The translations under genes were made by a program, and so were the position numbers. From a virus (taxonomy: Duplodnaviria; Caudoviricetes), in the IMG/VR virus record IMGVR_UViG_3300021093_000083, positions 1 through 59,245 of that record: a DNA stretch of 59,245 nucleotides; one strand, written 5' to 3'. Below are positions 53,248-59,245 of the stretch, piece by piece. The notes under the pieces are model-generated. The model was not told where the DNA came from and ran no database searches. It saw only the letters and a program-made list of their open reading frames with translations. Position 1 is the first letter of the stretch; every line of letters begins with the position of its first letter.

Positions 53248-56100
53248 ATGGCAGTACAAAATTTCAGAGTTAGAAATAGTGTTGATATTCTTGGTAATAG
53301 TTTAAACACTACTTCTACAACATTCAATTTAGTAGATTCTACGGTTACCACGTTAAACATCGGTGGAGCATCAACAAATATTAATATTGGTGCTACTACA
53401 GGTACACTTACATTTAAGAATCCAACTATAGTTGGTGCTAGTGCCTCCCAAAATTTATTTAATACCGTTGCAACAACATTAAACATTGGTGGTGCATCAA
53501 CTTCTTTAAATCTAGGTGCCACCACTGGAACAATAACAATTAACAATCCAACAATTGTTGGATCTCAGACAACACAAAATGTTTATAATACTGTTGCAAC
53601 TACAGTTAACGCTTTTGGTGCATCAACTACATTATCTGTAGGTAACTCTACTGGAACCATAACCCTGAGGCCAGGGACTGTGGTTGGATCAAATGCAACT
53701 CAAGTTCTTTATAATACTGTAGCTACTACTGTTAATGCATTTGGCGTTGCAGAAACAATATTACTAGGTGCAAATAATTTAGGTACTACAACCATCAGAA
53801 CTGCAACTACTGCAGTACAAAATGCTTTAACAGTTGGTTCTACTGCAACAGTAACAACTTCAACAACATCTCCTATTATTCAAGGTTCAACTGCAGCATC
53901 TGGACAGTTAACAATTAGATCAACGTCAAACGCCACTAAGGCGACCTCTGGCGTTCTTTTAACTGAAAACATCGCAAGTACTTCTGCAACCACTGGAACC
54001 CTTGTAGTGACCGGCGGCGTCGGTATTGGCGGTAATCTAAATGTAACTGGTGATATTACTGCTGACGGAGATATCTTTATTAAAGCAAAAGATGGTTCTG
54101 GAGGAACTATTACTTTGGGTCAGGGTGAGTCCGACTCAGTAAATATTCAAGCAGATATTAGCAGTAATATTTTACCAGATGTGAATAATTCCAAGAATAT
54201 TGGATCAAGTACTAAAAAATGGAAAGATATTTTTATCAGTGGAAATGCTGATTTAACAACTCTTCTTGTTTCTGGAAATTCTACATTAACAGGAAACCTA
54301 ATTGTTAATGGAAATACAACTATAGGAGATGCGTCTGGAGATACATTAACTGTCACTGCAACTCCAACAATTAATGCTGCAACTCAAATCAATAATACTC
54401 TTGCAGTTACTGGTGCGGTTACTCTTAGTGGTGCATCACCAACAATAACAAATGCAACTGCAGGTTCTACCGCTTCTATTTTCAATACTACAGTTCCAAC
54501 AATTAATATTGGTGGTGCTGCAACTTCTATTACAATAGGTGCTACTGGAGTTGGATCTGGTACTACAACTGTTAGAAATAACCTTACTGTTAATGGTGGA
54601 ACAACAAATGTTCAAGACATAAATGTAAATGGTGTTCTGTTACTTACAAGTCTACCATCATGGACTGCAAAGGTTATTAACCTTTATGATGTATCTCCTT
54701 CTACTGATGTAGATGTAGATGGTGGTGGAGTTAATCTAAAAGGCACTACTAATCATAGTATTTTATGGTACGACGCAACTGATGCATGGACTTCTACAGA
54801 ACACTTTGATCTTGCTACTGCTAAACAGTATAGAATCAATGGAACTTCTGTATTAACATCAACAACTCTTGGTAGTGGAGTTACGTCTTCTAGTTTAACA
54901 TCTCTAGGAACTCTAACTGGATTAACTGTTAGTGGAACTTCATCTTTTACAGGTCTAATAACAGCAAATGGAGGAGTAAGTGGCGCATTGACTGGTAATG
55001 CTTCTACCGCTACTGCTTTACAAACATCAAGAACAATAAATGGTATTTCATTTGATGGTACTGCAAACATATCATTCAGCACTACTGCAGTATCTGAAGG
55101 AACTAACCTTTATTATACTGATGAAAGAGTTGATGATAGAGTTTCATCTTTACTGGTTGGCGGCACTGGAGTTTCTGCATCTTATAATAATGTTGCCAAT
55201 TCACTAACATTATCATTAGATTTTACTGAATTTAATACTACAAGTATTACTGAAGGCACTAATCTTTACTATACACAAGCAAGATTTGATACTGCATTTA
55301 CTGATAAAACAACAACGAATCTAGCAGAAGGCACTAATTTATACTATACCCAAGAAAGATTTGATACTGCATTTGACGCTAAATCAACAACAGATATAAC
55401 GGAAGGAACTAATTTATATTATACAGATGAAAGAGTCGATGATAGAGTTGCGGCCCTAGTTATTGGTGGCACTGGAATTTCTGCCGGCTACAACGACGTG
55501 AGTGGTGCGTTAACATTGTCAATAGCCTTTACTGAATTTTCTACCACTAATATTGTTGAAGGCAATAAGTTATTCTATACACAAGCAAGATTTGATACTG
55601 CATTTGACGCTAAATCAACAACAGATCTAACGGAAGGCACTAATTTATACTACACTACTACAAGAGCAAATACTGATATTGATGAAAGAGTTACTAAAAG
55701 TTTTGTTGAAGATTTAGAAATATCTTACACGTCTCTTAGTAACAAACCAGCAATCCCAACATCTGGCGTAGATTTTGACCCAGTTGGAACAGATAATTCA
55801 ACTGATGTGACTTTATCTGGAGCATATAATTATCTAACAATTGCTGGACAAGTAATTACTATGGGTCAAGTTGATGCGACCACTGATATTTCTGGACTAT
55901 CTACAGTTGCAACTAGTGGATCATATAATGATTTAACTAGCATACCAACTGCTTTTACTGCTGATAGAATTGCAAATACTGCTGCACCAGCTTCAGCTAC
56001 ATCAACAGGAACTGCAGGTGAAATCAGATATGATTCCGATTATTTGTATATTTGTATTGCAACTGATACTTGGAAAAGATCTGAATTATCAACTTGGTGA
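53248..56100 (+). CDS. 950-aa fibre-like structural protein
   Basis: Thr/Gly-rich TTLNIGGASTxINIGATTG repeats, GNASTATALQTSRTINGISFDGTANI, EGTNLYYT repeats, C-terminal GTAGEIRYDSDYLYICIATDTWKR. Confidence 0.85.
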   Translation: MAVQNFRVRNSVDILGNSLNTTSTTFNLVDSTVTTLNIGGASTNINIGATTGTLTFKNPTIVGASASQNLFNTVATTLNIGGASTSLNLGATTGTITINNPTIVGSQTTQNVYNTVATTVNAFGASTTLSVGNSTGTITLRPGTVVGSNATQVLYNTVATTVNAFGVAETILLGANNLGTTTIRTATTAVQNALTVGSTATVTTSTTSPIIQGSTAASGQLTIRSTSNATKATSGVLLTENIASTSATTGTLVVTGGVGIGGNLNVTGDITADGDIFIKAKDGSGGTITLGQGESDSVNIQADISSNILPDVNNSKNIGSSTKKWKDIFISGNADLTTLLVSGNSTLTGNLIVNGNTTIGDASGDTLTVTATPTINAATQINNTLAVTGAVTLSGASPTITNATAGSTASIFNTTVPTINIGGAATSITIGATGVGSGTTTVRNNLTVNGGTTNVQDINVNGVLLLTSLPSWTAKVINLYDVSPSTDVDVDGGGVNLKGTTNHSILWYDATDAWTSTEHFDLATAKQYRINGTSVLTSTTLGSGVTSSSLTSLGTLTGLTVSGTSSFTGLITANGGVSGALTGNASTATALQTSRTINGISFDGTANISFSTTAVSEGTNLYYTDERVDDRVSSLLVGGTGVSASYNNVANSLTLSLDFTEFNTTSITEGTNLYYTQARFDTAFTDKTTTNLAEGTNLYYTQERFDTAFDAKSTTDITEGTNLYYTDERVDDRVAALVIGGTGISAGYNDVSGALTLSIAFTEFSTTNIVEGNKLFYTQARFDTAFDAKSTTDLTEGTNLYYTTTRANTDIDERVTKSFVEDLEISYTSLSNKPAIPTSGVDFDPVGTDNSTDVTLSGAYNYLTIAGQVITMGQVDATTDISGLSTVATSGSYNDLTSIPTAFTADRIANTAAPASATSTGTAGEIRYDSDYLYICIATDTWKRSELSTW
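55090..55670 (+). repeat. Six EGTNLYYT repeats with hierarchical spacing
   Basis: Glu codons at 55096, 55252, 55327, 55402, 55558, 55633 (gaps 156, 75, 75, 156, 75); exact 40-nt copy at 55356-55395 and 55587-55626. Confidence 0.9.
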
Positions 56101-56119
56101 TAATAACTAGGAGGTAAAC

Positions 56120-56920
56120 ATGTCAACCGTAACATCAAAACAAGGATTGAAAGATTATTGTCTTAGAAGATTAGGAGCTCCTGTCATCGAGGTTAACGTA
56201 GCAGCTGCCCAGGTAGATGACGCAGTAGATTATACAATTGAAAAATTTTCTCAATTTGGATATGATGGAGTAACCAGAATGTATCTAAAACATGAAGTTA
56301 CTCAAGAAGAAATTGATAGAGCACAATCATTAGGAGAAGAAGTAACTTCTCCAGATGGAACAATACATCATGAAGGATCTGGATATATTGAAGTTCCAGA
56401 TTCCGTTATTGGTATTAATGGTATCTTTGATTTTGGTGATAAAAATGCAATGAGTTTTTTTGATATTAGATATCAAATTAGATTGAATGACTTGTATGAT
56501 TTCACATCAACATCATTCACTCATTATTACATTGTTATGCAACAACTATCTCAGATTGATTTTCTATTAGTTGGTAAAAAACCAGTTAGATTTACACAAT
56601 CTCAAAATAGATTGTATGTTGATATGGATTGGAAGAATGATATTGCTGTTGGACAGTTTTTAGTTATTGATTGTTTCAAAGCATTAAATCCAGAAGACTT
56701 TACTAAGATTTATAATCACTTGTGGGTTAAAGATTACTGCACTCAAATGATTAAAAGATATTGGGGACAGAACTTGATCAAGTATGAAGGTGTTCAGTTA
56801 CCTGGAGGGGTAACTCTAAATGGACCAAAAATTTATGATGATGCTGTGAATGAATTAGAAAAATTAGATAAACAGTTAAGAGATCAATACGAATTACCAC
56901 CATTAGACATGATCGGGTAA
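56120..56920 (+). CDS. gp13: Neck protein gp13
   Basis: LKDYCLRRLGAPVIEVNV..QVDD; WVKDY..MIKRYWGQNLIKYEGVQLPGGVTLNG; AGGAGGT SD at 56109-56115. Confidence 0.95.
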   Translation: MSTVTSKQGLKDYCLRRLGAPVIEVNVAAAQVDDAVDYTIEKFSQFGYDGVTRMYLKHEVTQEEIDRAQSLGEEVTSPDGTIHHEGSGYIEVPDSVIGINGIFDFGDKNAMSFFDIRYQIRLNDLYDFTSTSFTHYYIVMQQLSQIDFLLVGKKPVRFTQSQNRLYVDMDWKNDIAVGQFLVIDCFKALNPEDFTKIYNHLWVKDYCTQMIKRYWGQNLIKYEGVQLPGGVTLNGPKIYDDAVNELEKLDKQLRDQYELPPLDMIG

Positions 56921-56925
56921 CTAAC

Positions 56926-57822
56926 ATGGCAAGAAATCCTTACTTTACTCAAGGCACAACTTTGGAAAGAGGTCTATATGAAGACCTCGTTATAGAACAA
57001 ATAAAAATTTATGGTCAGGATGTAAAGTATGTTCCTAGAACTCTAGTAGATGAAGATATTTTATTCCGTGAGGATAGTATGTCAGAATTTACTGGAGCAT
57101 ACGAAGTTGAGATGTATGTTGCAAATATAGATGGTTTTCAGGGAGATGGAGATTTATATACAAAATTTGGAATTAGAGTTACAGATCAAGTTACATTTGT
57201 AGTTGCAAGAAAAAGATTTGAAGATGCTGTAGATGATAATACCAATCTTATAGTTGAAGGCAGACCTAATGAAGGAGATTTAATTTATTTTCCATTAACT
57301 CAAAAGTTGTTTGAAATTAAATATGTTGAGTATAAAAAACCATTCTATCAATTACAAAATCCATTAGGTGCTTTTGTATATGAACTTAAGTGTGAACTAT
57401 TTGAATATTCACATGAGGATTTTGAAACTGGTGATCCTGCAATTGATGAAGTTGAAACTGAATATGGAGTAGTTTCAAGTTATATTTTATTGCCAGGTGG
57501 AACTGGAAACTTTACAGTCGGAGAGACCGTCAGTAATAATGAAACACCAGCGGTAACTGCAGAAGTTGCTGCATGGAATCCAGCAACTAGAGAGTTAAAA
57601 ATATCTAGAAAATCTGGAGAGTTAAGTGCATCAGATGTATTAACTGGAGGTACAAGTGGAGCTTCTTGGACAGTATCTGCAAACTATTCTACTCAATCGT
57701 TTGAAACTGAAGAGATAGATTGGGCAATGAATAAATACTTTGAGGATCAAGGCAATCTTATTCTTGACTTTTCAGAAAACAATCCATTTGGTGAATATGG
57801 AGATATGGGAGGATCGTTCTAA
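56926..57822 (+). CDS. gp14: Neck protein gp14
   Basis: LVIEQIKIYGQDVKYVPR; GDLYTKFG; RPNEGDLIYFP..LFEIKYVE..PFYQL; LDFSENNPFG. Confidence 0.95.
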   Translation: MARNPYFTQGTTLERGLYEDLVIEQIKIYGQDVKYVPRTLVDEDILFREDSMSEFTGAYEVEMYVANIDGFQGDGDLYTKFGIRVTDQVTFVVARKRFEDAVDDNTNLIVEGRPNEGDLIYFPLTQKLFEIKYVEYKKPFYQLQNPLGAFVYELKCELFEYSHEDFETGDPAIDEVETEYGVVSSYILLPGGTGNFTVGETVSNNETPAVTAEVAAWNPATRELKISRKSGELSASDVLTGGTSGASWTVSANYSTQSFETEEIDWAMNKYFEDQGNLILDFSENNPFGEYGDMGGSF

Positions 57823-58625
57823 TGTTAGGCACTTATGTATATCACGAAATTATAAGAAAAACTATTATTGGTTTTGGAACTCTGTTCAATAATATTGAAC
57901 TGAGAAGATCTGCCGAAGATGGAACTATTCAAAGTATGAAAGTTCCTCTTGCTTATGGTCCAAAACAAAAGTTTTTATCAAGACTTAGACAACAACCAAA
58001 TCTTAATCAAAAAATTCAAATCACTTTACCAAGAATTTCTTTTGAGGTGAATGGTTTTTCTTACGATCCTTCAAGAAAAGTATCTCCTATTCAAACTATA
58101 AAATCTGTAGATCCTGCAGATAATACCAAAACTAAGAAACAGTTTATGCCTGTTCCTTATAATGTTGAATTTGAATTATCTGTTATTGCAAAAAATAATG
58201 ATGATGGTATTCAAATTCTTGAACAAATTCTACCCTATTTTCAACCATCATTTAACATTACTATAAATTTAATTAATGAGATGGGAGAAGTTAAAGATGT
58301 TCCTGTAGTTTTGAATTCAATTTCTTATGAAGATGATTATGAAGGCGATTTTGAAAAAAGAAGATCGATAATTTATAATCTAACATTTACAGCAAAGACT
58401 TATCTATACGGTCCAATTGCAGATCAAAAACTTATCAAAAAAGTACAAGCTGATACTTATACTACTGTAGATACAGTAGATGCTCCTAGACAAATTAGAT
58501 ATACTGTAACTCCAGATCCATTAGATGCGGATCCAGATGATGATTTTGGATTTAATGAAATATTCTCAGAGTTTACTGACAATAAAAAATATAATCCTGA
58601 AACTGGACAAGATGAAGATCTATGA
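57822..58625 (+). CDS. gp15: Tail sheath stabilizer / tail terminator gp15
   Basis: YHEIIRKTIIGFGTLFNNI; VPLAYGPKQKFL; TLPRISFE; PVPYN; QILEQILPYFQP. Confidence 0.95.
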   Translation: MLGTYVYHEIIRKTIIGFGTLFNNIELRRSAEDGTIQSMKVPLAYGPKQKFLSRLRQQPNLNQKIQITLPRISFEVNGFSYDPSRKVSPIQTIKSVDPADNTKTKKQFMPVPYNVEFELSVIAKNNDDGIQILEQILPYFQPSFNITINLINEMGEVKDVPVVLNSISYEDDYEGDFEKRRSIIYNLTFTAKTYLYGPIADQKLIKKVQADTYTTVDTVDAPRQIRYTVTPDPLDADPDDDFGFNEIFSEFTDNKKYNPETGQDEDL

Positions 58626-59038
58626 GCACTTTTGATAAATTAGATGAGGTTTTTGATATGCCTTCTGAAATAATACAAACTGAAGATACTATAGAAAAAA
58701 ATACAGTTGACCCAAAGACAAAAGAAGATATAACAAAAGATTATGATTACACTAGAGGTCAACTCTATGATTTGATAGAAAAAGGCCAAGAAGCAATTCA
58801 AGGTGCATTAGATGTTGCACAAAATACAGACCATCCTAGAGCATATGAAGTTGCGATTCAAGGTATTAAAAATGTTGCAGACATAACAGATAAATTAATA
58901 GACCTTCAGAAAAAAATGAAAGATATTGATGAGAAACCTAGAAAGGGACCAACCAGTGTAACTAATGCCTTGTTTGTAGGTTCTACCGCAGAACTTCAAA
59001 AATTGATAAAACAACAAAAAGTCTCAGAAGATAAATAG
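58622..59038 (+). CDS. gp16: Terminase small subunit gp16
   Basis: DYDYTRGQLYDLIEKGQEAI; HPRAYEVA; NALFVGSTAELQKLIK; follows gp15. Confidence 0.93.
   Translation: MSTFDKLDEVFDMPSEIIQTEDTIEKNTVDPKTKEDITKDYDYTRGQLYDLIEKGQEAIQGALDVAQNTDHPRAYEVAIQGIKNVADITDKLIDLQKKMKDIDEKPRKGPTSVTNALFVGSTAELQKLIKQQKVSEDK
59031..59037 (+). promoter_or_regulatory. T4-type late promoter
   Basis: GATAAATA overlapping the gp16 stop, upstream of ATG 59069. Confidence 0.65.
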
Positions 59039-59068
59039 AATATAGGAAAAAAAATTTTGGAGCTTAAT

Positions 59069-59245
59069 ATGACCGTTCTCAATGTTATAAGTACAAATAG
59101 TATCGCTGCAGCTGGAACAGAATATCAACTTGTAAAAACTGGTGTCTACCGAGTTAGTGCTGCATCTGCATCTACTGTTACTTTTGGTAGTGGTCCTGCT
59201 ATCCAACTTTTTGCTGGTCAAGCAATTCTTCTAAAGGGTGCTAGT
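59069..59245 (+). CDS. 5' part of a hypothetical (probably virion) protein, truncated by window end
   Basis: Manual translation MTVLNVISTNSIAAAGTEYQLVKTGVYRVSAASASTVTFGSGPAIQLFAGQAILLKGAS...; GGAG SD at 59059-59062; open to the end. Confidence 0.75.
   Translation, partial: MTVLNVISTNSIAAAGTEYQLVKTGVYRVSAASASTVTFGSGPAIQLFAGQAILLKGAS

Noticed and set aside
47105-55082. Many long minus-strand ORFs (up to 318 aa) opposite the fibre genes
   Set aside because: Antisense shadows of Thr/Gly/Ser-rich repeats (VP/VT-rich, stop-poor in that frame). The same applies to antisense ORFs within gp6, gp7 and DUF4815.
48770-55670. Repeat arrays as possible CRISPR
   Set aside because: Repeats are in-frame coding units with synonymous variation and no unique spacers; no cas genes.
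1-59245. tRNA/rRNA genes or photosynthesis auxiliary genes (psbA, hli, cpeT, pebS)
   Set aside because: None recognised in this window; the cyanophage assignment rests on gene order and protein motifs, not on these markers.

Overview
A low-GC segment of a T4-like cyanomyophage genome, with nearly all genes on the + strand. Bases 1-1620 hold small early genes with host sigma70-type promoters. Bases ~700-1900 carry origin-like signals: cyanobacterial DnaA-box 9-mers, back-to-back promoters, a G-tract, an A/T palindrome and a compositional switch. The rest is the late virion cluster: AbrB-like gene, 2OG-Fe(II) oxygenase-like gene, PAAR (gp5.4), gp25, gp6, a giant 7903-aa gp7, gp8, a 4004-aa DUF4815/VrlC-like protein, two repeat-rich fibre genes, gp13, gp14, gp15 and gp16. 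The most striking observation is inside gp7: 4-5 alpha-helical repeats that align by eye with phycobiliprotein (phycocyanin/allophycocyanin) subunits. They keep the C-x-R-D bilin-attachment motif and, in some copies, a second beta-155-like Cys. One copy is nested inside another, and the nested pair uses different Arg codons from the rest of the gene. All family assignments are by motif recognition only; no searches were run.
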